A DNA stretch of 64,000 nucleotides from Glycera tridactyla. Taxonomy: Eukaryota. Positions 24,719 to 35,499 of this stretch are shown piece after piece. The position numbers and the translations under genes are program-made. The stretch's first letter is position 1; every line of letters begins with the position of its first letter. Under the pieces are notes generated by a model, which was given only the letters and a program-made list of their open reading frames with translations, had not been told where the DNA came from and searched no databases. The stretch spans positions 17,546,001 to 17,610,000 of the forward strand of contig OZ286466.1 in the NCBI GenBank assembly GCA_965644265.1. The letters are read 5' to 3'.

Positions 24719-25926
24719 GTCAGTGTGCAAGTAGGGGAGTTGGCGTAGTTGGCGCGGACGCCCGGCAGATGTGGTTGGATGTGATTATTGTGTGAATATT
24801 GTGTTGTATGTGGGGCAGTTGGTGCAGTTTGCACGGATTCCCGAATGGAAGAGGCGAAGGGCGTTAGTGTAGTTTGCACGGACGCCCGGAGCAGGAATGC
24901 ACGTGTTTGTTCACGGTTTGTTTTGTTGTGGGGACGCCATTTTGGATAAGACAGCGGCTCGGCCAATCAGCGGCCAGATAGGGATCATGTGAGCGGGGAG
25001 CCTCGGGGTCGTCGCGATGTCACGTGACTGGGGAGGCAGACGAACTCTCTGACCGGGAGGCTGATTGATGCATTGGTGCTGATTGCTAGAATTATTGGCT
25101 GATTGACGGAATTTAGTGTGTGGCGTGCATAATTTGTGGTAGAAGATTGACACATTGTTGGGGTGAGTGATGCTCTTGGAATTTGTGTGATTTTGGGATT
25201 TTAATGTGTAGTTTGAAAGGTAATTGGATTTGAAGGTGTAATGTGAGCTGGATGCTGTACCCTGATTGGGGGCATCAGGTTGTGGTGTGATCAGGGATAG
25301 ACGCACTGTAGAGATGAGATTGTGATTGTGATTTGATGATGTTTGATGTGTAATTTGTGTTGGATGCTGTACCCAGTTTTGGGGGCATCAAGTCAGTTGA
25401 CAATAGTGTTGACTTTCACCACTGTGGTGATGTTGTGCAGCCATGTTGGCACTTGGGTGGTAAACAGAATAGGTTGGATTGCAGCTGTAACATTTTGGAA
25501 TAATTTGGAATACATGACTATTGGGGAAATATTTTGGTTTACGAAATGGTTGGTGTTATAACTTCAGCCTGTAACAGTGACTGAGGTGTGTAGTAGTTGC
25601 TTGGAATGCTGCACTTGTTGTGGGCAGCGGTTGGCAACAATGTGGATTGCATCAGGGTGGTGATGCTGTGCTGGTGGCGTATGCTGTGGCAAGGGAGCTG
25701 AGTGGTTCCAACAGACAAGGTGGAATATTGTTGGTAATAATTGTAATTGTAAGTGTTTTAGATCATGAAATATTGCGGTGAAATAATTTCAACTGGTGGG
25801 GGAAGTTGGAATGGAGGTTATGACTGTACAATGGTTGCAGGGAGGTTATGTTGTGTGTGATGGAGGAGGTGTGTACTATGTGCTTGTTAGGATATTTGTT
25901 ATTTGGAAGATGGTTTCTTAAATCAG

Positions 25927-27438
25927 ATGGCTGAAGAAGGTGAAAGGCAGCGGCCGAAAAGGCAGATCATCAGATCGCAGAAGGGCCGCGAGTATGATGA
26001 GTTCATGGAGTCAGAGGAAGGAAGTGATGGTGAAGGGTTCGTTACGCAAGTGCCACAGAAGAGAATGAAGGAGGATGCTGGTGCACCACAGGTAGCAGCC
26101 CCGAGTGATCAGAGTTGGTCTGACGTGATAGCCACCATAATGGACAAGTCAGGACAGCAGGTGCAGATGATGGCAGCGTCTATGGACGCCATGCGTCAGT
26201 GGATGACAGTGCAACAGCAGAAGTCGCAGGACTTTATGGAGAGGTTGGTGATTGGCAGACGGGAGCCTGAGGTGGTAGCAACAGGATGGAGCTCACCAGC
26301 ATCAACGCAGCAAGTAGCGCCCGTGATCAGGCAACCCATGGCTGGTGTTAGTGGAGTTTCCACGGATACTGGTGGTGGGGGGCTGGTAACGGGGCAGGTC
26401 AAAGATACGGCAGGTCACAACAAGTCTTCCAAGGGAAGTGTGGCCAAGGTTTCAGGTAATTTGAATGATGTTGTTGATAAGGGCCATGTGGACCTGAGTG
26501 AAGCGGAGGCAGTTGGCTCAGTTCGAGCGGACTCCAATGTGGAACCAGGAAAGCAGGGCAACCAGTATGTACCGTTGTTACCATCGATTGGCGATTTGGG
26601 AGTTGCCCAGCCTGTATCTGATCCGGTGCCTAGTACATCTGGGCAGAGTGGAGTAGTGGGGTCTGGTAAGCTAGAGGCCAATTTAGGTTGTTTCAATATT
26701 GGTGATGCGCGGGTTGAGAAGCCGGTTAGGCAAAACAATCTCAGTGCGCCCTTGGGGAAGAGAGTACCCATGAAAATTAAAGAAAAGATTTGGAAAAATG
26801 AATTCATAGAACTGGCTGTTCTGGTGCACCCTACCAATTTCACAAAAATAGGCTGGGCACTAGATCCTGATGAGGAGGGTAAGGTCAGCTTAACCCAGTC
26901 AACCAAGAAAATTACCAACATTGGACAGTGGTCCAAAGCTTTTGAAATATTTACGGCGGTTTATTGTGAGAAGGTGGAAAATTTGGGAGAGGTGCAAGGT
27001 TTGTGGTCTTATGGAAATAAGATTCGCAAATTGGCGTCAAAGGGAGGTGACTGGGATGAGTATGATCGAGCTTTCCGTTGTGCCAGGGAGGAGGATGACC
27101 CGCCTCAACCTTGGGATGTATTTGACTCTGAGTTGTTCTGCTTTGCAATGGCGGGAGAGCTGAAAGTGAAAAATGGTAATTTTGAGAAGGGCAACAAGCA
27201 GAAGCAGAATGCTGTGGATGCTGAGGTGGAGACACCTAAGACCTTCTGTTTTGATTTTCACTCGCCAACTAAGAAATGTATCAGGGACAAATGTTCCTTT
27301 AAACATCTCTGCCCCATATGTAAGAGGGGGCCTCACCCAAAGTATGTCTGTCGAGCGAAGTCTGGTAAATCCTGGAAACCCAAGAATGATGGGAAGTCAG
27401 GAGGACAGGGTGCTGCCGACTCCGGTCAGGGCAAATGA
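25927..27438 (+). CDS. Ngaro gag-like ORF (503 aa)
   Basis: KEKIWKNEFIELAVL, ITNIGQWSKAFEIF, WDEYDRAFR, and a C-terminal Cys/His finger CFDFH...C.RDKCSFKHLCPIC..GPH, as in DIRS/Ngaro gag. Confidence 0.88.
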   Translation: MAEEGERQRPKRQIIRSQKGREYDEFMESEEGSDGEGFVTQVPQKRMKEDAGAPQVAAPSDQSWSDVIATIMDKSGQQVQMMAASMDAMRQWMTVQQQKSQDFMERLVIGRREPEVVATGWSSPASTQQVAPVIRQPMAGVSGVSTDTGGGGLVTGQVKDTAGHNKSSKGSVAKVSGNLNDVVDKGHVDLSEAEAVGSVRADSNVEPGKQGNQYVPLLPSIGDLGVAQPVSDPVPSTSGQSGVVGSGKLEANLGCFNIGDARVEKPVRQNNLSAPLGKRVPMKIKEKIWKNEFIELAVLVHPTNFTKIGWALDPDEEGKVSLTQSTKKITNIGQWSKAFEIFTAVYCEKVENLGEVQGLWSYGNKIRKLASKGGDWDEYDRAFRCAREEDDPPQPWDVFDSELFCFAMAGELKVKNGNFEKGNKQKQNAVDAEVETPKTFCFDFHSPTKKCIRDKCSFKHLCPICKRGPHPKYVCRAKSGKSWKPKNDGKSGGQGAADSGQGK

Positions 27439-28987
27439 GTTGGAGTTTTATCTAACTGGATATGCTAAGTGTCAGTATATTGTTCAGGGGTTCCGTCAGG
27501 GGTTTGATATTGGATGTGATGAACATGAGATTGTACAAGCAAGTCATAATGCCCGGTTGGCTGTGGAAAACCCTGTCATATTGAGGAATTTGCTACAGGC
27601 TGAAATTGAATTGGGGAGATTCAAAGGTCCGTTTGTGGAGAAGCCGTTTGATGTTATGCAAATCTCTCCTCTTTCCCTTCGGGAAAAGTCCACTCCAGGC
27701 CGTTATAGGTTATTGCATAACCTCTCCTATCCTTATGACCTCAGGTCAGTTAACGGGGCCATACCTCGAGATTGCAAGTCTGTTAATTATCAGACGGTAA
27801 ACGATGCCATTTGCAGAATTCTCGAGGTGGGGTCTGGTTGCTATCTTGGGAAGATAGACATAAAATCAGCATTTCGTATTATACCGGTCAGACCCTCACA
27901 GTATCACCTTTTGGGGGCATATTTCGAGGGACATTATTATTATGACACCACTTTGGCTATGGGGTGTGCCTCGAGCTGTAGAATATTTGAAGAATTTTCA
28001 CATGCACTTATTTGGATTTTAGAACACAAATTTGGAATTACTGGAGTCATTCATATGATAGATGATTTTCTCTTTGTCGAGCCCACATTGCAAGAATGTC
28101 AGTATGTCATGAGTGTTTTTCAAGTGTTGGCAAAGAGGATTGGTGTGCCCATAGCTGAGGAGAAGACGGAAGGTCCTGCCACAACTTTGACATTTTTAGG
28201 ATTTGAACTGGATTCAGTGGCCATGGAGTCCAGAATACCTCAGGTGAAGCTGGGAAAGTATGTGACTGAAATTGAGTCCATGCTATCACAGTCTAAGGCC
28301 ACTTTGAGGGAATTTCAGGTCATGGTTGGGCGGCTTCAGTGGGCTACTGCTGTAATTGCAGCAGGAAGACCGTTTATCCGTCGTTTAATAGACAGAACTG
28401 TGGGTATATCTAGACCTTTCTATTATCTGAGAGTGACAGAGGAGGTGAAACGAGACCTGAAGGTGTGGTGGAAATTTTTCAAAACCAGTAATGGGAAGGT
28501 GTTTTTCCGGCCGCGTAGAGCATTAGACTCACGGCGGTTGGCGATGCACACTGATGCATCTCCTAAGGCGGCTGGTGGTGTGTTCTGGAAAGACTGGTTT
28601 CGAATTATTTTCCCTGAGTCTTGGGCCAGCAAGAATATCATGTTCCTGGAACTGTATCCGATTGTCGTGGCACTTGTAATGTTTGTTGATTGGCTGGCTA
28701 ATCATTCAGTCATATTATATACTGACAATATGGATATCGTTCATGTTTTGCGTAACCAAACATCGAAAGAGAAAGAGGTGATGGTGCTGGTACGGAAAAT
28801 GGTCTTGTGGTGTCTGAATCATAATATCAAATTCACGTCAGAGCATATACCGGGTAAACAGAATATTTTACCGGATGCTATATCTCGTTTTCAGGACACG
28901 CCAGAGATGCTGAGCCAATATGGAATGAATCCAGTGCCAAGGGAAGTCCCCAAGGCTTGGTTGCCAGAGCACTTTATGGAGGATTGA
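27173..28987 (+). CDS. Ngaro reverse transcriptase / RNase H (604 aa), overlapping gag
   Basis: YRLLHNLSYP, KIDIKSAFRIIPV, LAMGCASSC.IFE, HMIDDFLF, TFLGFELD; RNase H TDAS, ELYPI, YTDN, HIPGKQNILPDAISR. No stops. Confidence 0.95.
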   Translation: MVILRRATSRSRMLWMLRWRHLRPSVLIFTRQLRNVSGTNVPLNISAPYVRGGLTQSMSVERSLVNPGNPRMMGSQEDRVLPTPVRANELEFYLTGYAKCQYIVQGFRQGFDIGCDEHEIVQASHNARLAVENPVILRNLLQAEIELGRFKGPFVEKPFDVMQISPLSLREKSTPGRYRLLHNLSYPYDLRSVNGAIPRDCKSVNYQTVNDAICRILEVGSGCYLGKIDIKSAFRIIPVRPSQYHLLGAYFEGHYYYDTTLAMGCASSCRIFEEFSHALIWILEHKFGITGVIHMIDDFLFVEPTLQECQYVMSVFQVLAKRIGVPIAEEKTEGPATTLTFLGFELDSVAMESRIPQVKLGKYVTEIESMLSQSKATLREFQVMVGRLQWATAVIAAGRPFIRRLIDRTVGISRPFYYLRVTEEVKRDLKVWWKFFKTSNGKVFFRPRRALDSRRLAMHTDASPKAAGGVFWKDWFRIIFPESWASKNIMFLELYPIVVALVMFVDWLANHSVILYTDNMDIVHVLRNQTSKEKEVMVLVRKMVLWCLNHNIKFTSEHIPGKQNILPDAISRFQDTPEMLSQYGMNPVPREVPKAWLPEHFMED

Positions 28988-29883
28988 GAGGTTGGCTTGG
29001 TAAAGTGTTGGCGGTGTCTACTTTGAATAACTATTCCCGGAATTGGGAGAATTTTAATGAATTTATTGTGCACCAACTGGGTGCGGCCATGACCATGCCG
29101 GTGCCAGTGTTGTATGTGGCATTGTATGATGTTAAATTGGAAGAGCAGGGGCTGAAAACCAACACTATTGTCAATGTAAATTGTGCCATAAGCTATGCTC
29201 ATAGGGTGAGAGATTTGTATGATCCTACATCGGCTTTTATCATTAAGAAATTGTTGGCAGCTATGGCCAAAAAGCCACAAGCTGATGATCCAAGGATTCC
29301 AATTGACCAGGTGTTACTGGTTAGAATGCTTGATGCTATTCAATGTGTGGGGCTGACGATGTCGGAAGCCTTGATGTATAGTACTTTGTTTGTGGTGGCC
29401 TATCAGGCCGCTTTACGAGTTAGCGAGTTCGCATCAGTAAAGCGAACTGAGCATACCATTTTGAGGCAGGCTGTAAAACCTGTCATTGAGGAGGGGGTGG
29501 TGATTGCATATGATGTGAAACTATTGTCTTTTAAGCATTCCAATAAGCAGGGTGCTGAATTGCGGTTACATAGGAAAGGCGGCAGGATTTGCCCTGTAGC
29601 CTGGTTGAAGGATTACCTGACATGGAGGGGGGTGGAGGTTGGCCCTTTGTTTGTGAAGGACAACCGAGAGCCAGTTACCAGAGAAGAGGTGGTGGTGATG
29701 ATAGATAGGGTGAAGAGGAAGTTGGGCATGGGTGAGGTGTGTCTGAACACCCACAGTTTCCGTATCGGGAAATGCACAGATATGGCTAGAGAGGGAGCCT
29801 CAGTGCTTCAGATACAGCAAGTGGGAAGATGGAAGTCCTTTGCATTCCTGCGATATGTCCGGCCCCATAGGGTCGATGTTTAA
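28957..29883 (+). CDS. Ngaro tyrosine recombinase (YR); start codon uncertain
   Basis: STLNNYSRNW (N-terminal domain), AALRVSEF (R), FKHSNK (K), HSFRIG (HxxR), GRWKS.AFLRYV (W...Y). The first in-frame ATG is only at 29089. Confidence 0.93.
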   Translation: MVARALYGGLRGWLGKVLAVSTLNNYSRNWENFNEFIVHQLGAAMTMPVPVLYVALYDVKLEEQGLKTNTIVNVNCAISYAHRVRDLYDPTSAFIIKKLLAAMAKKPQADDPRIPIDQVLLVRMLDAIQCVGLTMSEALMYSTLFVVAYQAALRVSEFASVKRTEHTILRQAVKPVIEEGVVIAYDVKLLSFKHSNKQGAELRLHRKGGRICPVAWLKDYLTWRGVEVGPLFVKDNREPVTREEVVVMIDRVKRKLGMGEVCLNTHSFRIGKCTDMAREGASVLQIQQVGRWKSFAFLRYVRPHRVDV

Positions 29884-29949
29884 TCCAACCATGGTAATGG
29901 GGGGGGGGGATTGCGATCCTTTTGGTGACACACACGTAACGTGTGCTAT

Positions 29950-30726
29950 GGCGCTCTCTGAGGTCACCTGCTTGGATTGAGGGAGGGGGGACACTCCAGA
30001 CTATTGGAGTATAAATCATGGTTGGGTTTTGGCATCTTCCATGTATTTTCTGAATTTTGCAAATTCTGGTTTGGAAAACCTCATGTGAGGGGGAGCCTAA
30101 TTTTGGGCTAATTTTGGGATATTGTTCATTAAATTGGTGGGGTAAACCCGCATGGAAACTATTTCCAATTGCCCGGGGTGCCACCTTGGGGTGACCATTG
30201 CATTGCAATTGCTGGTATGCAATTAGGATCAATTGCATAATCTTTACATTGTGGTGCCAATTGCCGTGTGGCATTGGCTAGTAGACTAAGTGCCTGCAAT
30301 ATTCAATAGCTCAGGGGTGCATGCTGCAATTGGCAGCAGCAAATAGTTGTTGAATTCAGCTGTATAACAGCTAGGTTGTTATGTGATTGAGTTGGGTTGA
30401 CATGGGGAGCTAATTCCTCATGATAATATGTACAAGTAATTTATTGTTGGTTATTGTGTGTTAGTATTGGTGTTTTGTCAGCATGATGGACATCTAGGGC
30501 AACCAGGAGCTGATGTGGGGAAATTGGACACAGGCTGTGGTAGGGTTGTTTGCCCGGTCCACACCTGTGTAAAGTTTTCTCAGATAAGGAGGTAGAGTGG
30601 TTTGCTCGGCTTCCAAGTCATGATAAGCAGAACCTGGGATGTTGTGTTCCATGTATACTGACACAGTGGGGGAGGAAATAAAATACCATATTTGAATATT
30701 TATTTGTTGGGTCTTGTGTCAGCAAA
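29950..30726 (+). repeat. Ngaro repeat B1 (777 bp), identical by eye to B2 at 30927-31703
   Basis: Direct sequence comparison from GGCGCTCTCTGAGG to GTGTCAGCAAA. Confidence 0.95.
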
Positions 30727-32139
30727 ATAGCCATTGTGCAACAAAGGGCATTTGCTGAGCAAGACGGAACCCGTGGGGGAGAAAGTGGTGTCCCCGGCGG
30801 AAAAATTAACGATGCGCGCATGCGCAGTCGGAACAAACGGTCACGTGACCGCCTCCCTTTCGCCCGCCGCCATTTTACCAGCCATACCGCAGGTCATTTT
30901 AGTGGCCACCACCCGCCCCACCACCAGGCGCTCTCTGAGGTCACCTGCTTGGATTGAGGGAGGGGGGACACTCCAGACTATTGGAGTATAAATCATGGTT
31001 GGGTTTTGGCATCTTCCATGTATTTTCTGAATTTTGCAAATTCTGGTTTGGAAAACCTCATGTGAGGGGGAGCCTAATTTTGGGCTAATTTTGGGATATT
31101 GTTCATTAAATTGGTGGGGTAAACCCGCATGGAAACTATTTCCAATTGCCCGGGGTGCCACCTTGGGGTGACCATTGCATTGCAATTGCTGGTATGCAAT
31201 TAGGATCAATTGCATAATCTTTACATTGTGGTGCCAATTGCCGTGTGGCATTGGCTAGTAGACTAAGTGCCTGCAATATTCAATAGCTCAGGGGTGCATG
31301 CTGCAATTGGCAGCAGCAAATAGTTGTTGAATTCAGCTGTATAACAGCTAGGTTGTTATGTGATTGAGTTGGGTTGACATGGGGAGCTAATTCCTCATGA
31401 TAATATGTACAAGTAATTTATTGTTGGTTATTGTGTGTTAGTATTGGTGTTTTGTCAGCATGATGGACATCTAGGGCAACCAGGAGCTGATGTGGGGAAA
31501 TTGGACACAGGCTGTGGTAGGGTTGTTTGCCCGGTCCACACCTGTGTAAAGTTTTCTCAGATAAGGAGGTAGAGTGGTTTGCTCGGCTTCCAAGTCATGA
31601 TAAGCAGAACCTGGGATGTTGTGTTCCATGTATACTGACACAGTGGGGGAGGAAATAAAATACCATATTTGAATATTTATTTGTTGGGTCTTGTGTCAGC
31701 AAATTATTGATGACGGACGGACGGACGAACGGACGAGCAACGAGTGGCTAGCGTTGCTGATACGACTAACCGACGTACTTGGTGCCCTTACCCTGTTACC
31801 AGAGGGTTCACCCCACTAATTTAACCCTCCCGTCCTTAACAACTTCGGCAGGGCAAAAAGGTGGTGGGGAAGTCGTTGCCGAGATTGAGGTCGGAGTTGG
31901 GCACAGACGCGTGTACGGGCGCTTAGCGGCAGATCCGAGGAGGAGGAGGAGGGCGGGGGCCCGGCCGGCGGGAACAGCGACGGCGCCGACCTGAGTGGTA
32001 GTCCGTGCCGAGCAGTCAGTCTGCGTTCTACCGGGCGTTCTACTTCGCATCACAAGCTGCACCGCACTTCCTCACCGATAGACGTACGCAGTCTCCCCGT
32101 ATCTGTGTCACACTCACTACAAACAGCCATCCGATAAAC

Positions 32140-32158
32140 ATGGAGAAACAGCAAGCAG
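32140..32158 (+). CDS. Putative coding exon 1 (MEKQQA + G) of the His/Met/Cys-rich protein gene
   Basis: Strong Kozak-like AAACATGG, then the donor CAG|GTGAGT (phase 1), inside a CpG-rich region (31704-32400). The phase is compatible with the acceptor at 47285. Confidence 0.65.
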
Positions 32159-33482
32159 GTGAGTTCTTCCCGATGGGGTCCTGATGATTTGGACAGGGTT
32201 GCAGAGGACGCGAAAGTCTTGAGAGGACGCATGTTGAGCACGTGGTGTCCCGGGGCACGAGCCTGTGTCTGTGGCGGGAGTTAATTTGAGGGGAATGTGA
32301 GGGTTGACACGTTCGGCTTCGCTTGTGTACGTGATATCAGAGTTGCGCTGCTGCAAAAACATACACTGTGGTTTGAAACAACAACATTCGTGACATATTT
32401 AAATCCATGCATTGCGCTCAGCGAGGGGCGGTGGTTTCAACCAGGTGAAAATGAGATGGTTGATTTATTGTTCAGTGTTTGTGCTATATTGAGATGCCCA
32501 TGGGTGGGACATTCATGACTCCTCTCTCTGGATCATGGAATCATGTGTTAGGAAGGTGAACAAGACAGACAATTCTCATGTTTATTCATCTCCAACCATG
32601 GCCTATTTTCGAAGCTAATGTACAGATGACTGCATGGTCAAACTAGACCGGGAGGCCTCAAATGGTATTTAACAAACCATATCATGATAAAGAACATGCA
32701 AACTTTTTATCAAGATCCACATTAATTCTCACAGCAAAAACAAAAGGAATGTGTGCATGAATTATATTGCCTATGTTTCACTTTGGGGTATAATGTATGA
32801 AGATACTAACACCATAAAGCCTGGATTGCTGGAGACCATAATATATACAGTGAGTGTGGTCTCCCAAAAGAGGGGTCTCCCAAGACAGGTTTCACTGTAT
32901 ATGTATTACGGTCTCCTGCTTGATTTGACAATCAAACCAAGCAGGAGACCATAATATATATACAGTGAAACTGGGAGACCGCTCTTTATCGGCTCTTCTA
33001 TATTCGACATCGTCAAATATACCTCCAGTGAAAGACCACCTGTCTTGAGACCGCTTTTCATTGGTGTTTGGGGCGGTCTTCCCTGACAGGTTTCACCGTA
33101 TAACATATCTATATGGAGAACCTGAGAGTTTCTGACTGGGACAGAACCTTTTGACGTACATTATATCTTTTGTCATTTTAATCTGCTTGTCTGTTTCAGT
33201 CTCCAGCCCCTACCCCACTCCTTGCTTTCAGCACCCCCCCCCCCCCCCCCACCTTGACCATCCCTCACCCCATGTTCACTGACACACCTATGTTGCATGC
33301 TACGAGCTAGATCCTTGCTGGTGAGACATAGTTGCTGTGCAGTGTCCATGTGGAAGGGGGACAGTACCACAAATTCACAAACACACCTCACCTTATCATA
33401 TGTGAAACACACACCACACACAGGAAAGCCCAGTGTGACGTGTTCACCATGCAATACAGCCAAGAATATTTAATGAGAAACT

Positions 33483-33535
33483 GTGTGTGTGTGTGCCTGC
33501 ATGTATGTATGTATGCATGCATGCATACATGCATG

Positions 33536-33583
<48 letters not shown>

Positions 33584-33715
33584 CGTGTGTGTGCAGAGAT
33601 ATGTGTGCTGGCTTACATTTGCATACAAGGAGGCCTGCTCACTTGCCCCTGGACATGGACGCATGGCATGGACAGATATACAGAATATTGCAAGCACGAC
33701 TGCACAAGATCTCAT

Positions 33716-33778
<63 letters not shown>
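33483..33778. repeat. (TG)n and (CA)n microsatellites in inverted arrangement
   Basis: (TG)n at about 33483-33595 and (CA)n at about 33717-33778. Confidence 0.9.
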
Positions 33779-33779
<1 letters not shown>

Positions 33780-35499
33780 TGGAGGTTCACATGCATGAAT
33801 GAGTTAGAGCAATTCATGTCCTGATGAGGTCTGCTAGTAATTGCCTATCTTCACCTGTGGCCATCAAACCCTGGCAAAAAAGATTATTACAGGTGTGTCC
33901 TGGGAACATACCTCATGGAGCTACTCTCCTGTTAACATTAGCAGTGGTGCCAGTTTAATAAAGAATTTGGAATTCCAAAAATTTGGTGAAAAGTAGGAGA
34001 CGAGAAATTGTCTTAAATCTTGCTGGAAGTGTGAGGATTAATACTTTTGAGAGAATTTTGGGGTAGGTTTGCGGGTCAATTATGTGTCTGTCTATGACTC
34101 TATAGGAACTCATTGTTGCCGCTGAGCATCGCAGGTCAAGTGGATGATCAGTCCCCCAGACACGTATGGATTGTATTATTGTTGCAATTTGACCAACCAC
34201 ATGAATACGTGAAGGAATTAATTCCATATGTATTTGTGCCTATAACTACAGTGGTCGCGCTAGGAATTTGTCAAGTGGGGTCCCGGGACCCAAGCTCATT
34301 GCAAAAATGGGGTCCCCACTCAGATTTTGGGGTCCCATTTTCACTTTGCTCAAAAAAGAGCATGCCCGTGTGTGTGTGACCGACATATTTTTCACTCTAT
34401 TTGACTCTGTATTTCAATACATTCACTTACGCATCCAACCATCATCTGAATAGCATCAGTGTTCTGCTCGATCAGGGGGATATTTCTGATGATCCGAGTG
34501 AATCATGTTCAGAATAGTGTTGATTATTCAAATATATTAAATCCACTGAACTAATCATTCTGCCAATGAAGGACTAATTAATATGCACCAGATAGGTGAT
34601 TTTGAGATAAAATATCATTCATGTTGAATGACAACTTTGTCCTTTTTGGTCAGTTCTCATCACCCAGCCACACCAAACTTGACCTAGATGCATTTCATAG
34701 CATTCTCTTATGAATTCTGGCCATGATTCTCTCAATGAGGCGTATCAATTTTGGGGACAGTAATGCTTTTCAGAATTGGAATTTTCTAGAGGAGGTAGCT
34801 GTCACCCCTCTCTGGAAAATAGAGGGCATTTTCAGGAAAATAGGGGGTTCTTGGAGGGAGGGTGATTTTTTTCACGCAATGCCATGATGTTTCAATAAAG
34901 ATAAGCTTGGTAGTGTGGCCAGGTGAAAGCAACTACCCAGGAAACATAATAGACAATGTCATAATAATGAATCAATCAGGCTTAATGATGAGAAGAAATG
35001 TGCCCCTCCATCCAGAAACAAAGAGCTGAGGGCCTATGCCCCTTTCTTCATATTCAGTGAAATGCCAATTCAGCAAAGTTAGAACCACTGACAAGAGCCT
35101 ATTTCTTTTGAGAGGTCACATTTCGATCACATACACAGGGATGCCAACTTCTGATGACCAAAATTAGTACTGATGGTGATCTCCGAAAGTAATGATGGCA
35201 ATGATTGCAGTACTGAAATAAGAGGATCCTCAATATCTTATCTATCAATATTACACATATTATTGAAAAATCTTTGCTCTTAAAGGGGAGTTGGCCTTGG
35301 AGGGGATGGGGTGTTACTCAAATGACAATATGCAACCTGTTCCCTCGGAACTTTTATCCCCCCCTCCTCAGGGGCATAATAATGCGTCCCTAGGACGCAC
35401 ACAGGATGTTATTTTTGCGTCCCTGCCGATAAAATTGCGTAGGGACGCAAGATTTTTGCGTTAACGCGATCACTGAACTATATACTGTTACATACTGTA

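Larger units (their letters stand above)
23768..31703 (+). mobile_element. Ngaro-type tyrosine-recombinase (DIRS-order) retrotransposon, apparently intact, 7936 bp
   Basis: Split direct repeats A1 (23768-23946)...B1 (29950-30726)-A2 (30727-30905)-21-nt spacer-B2 (30927-31703). Carries gag, RT/RNase H and YR ORFs. No methyltransferase domain and no TSD were seen. Confidence 0.95.

Noticed and set aside
29786-31251. Minus-strand ORFs 29786-30274 and 30841-31251
   Set aside because: They are duplicated only because they lie in repeat B, and they show no domain signal.
33332-33824. ORFs rich in CV/HT repeats, and likewise 36688-37167, 52893-53450 and 56182-56925
   Set aside because: They are translations of microsatellite or low-complexity DNA.
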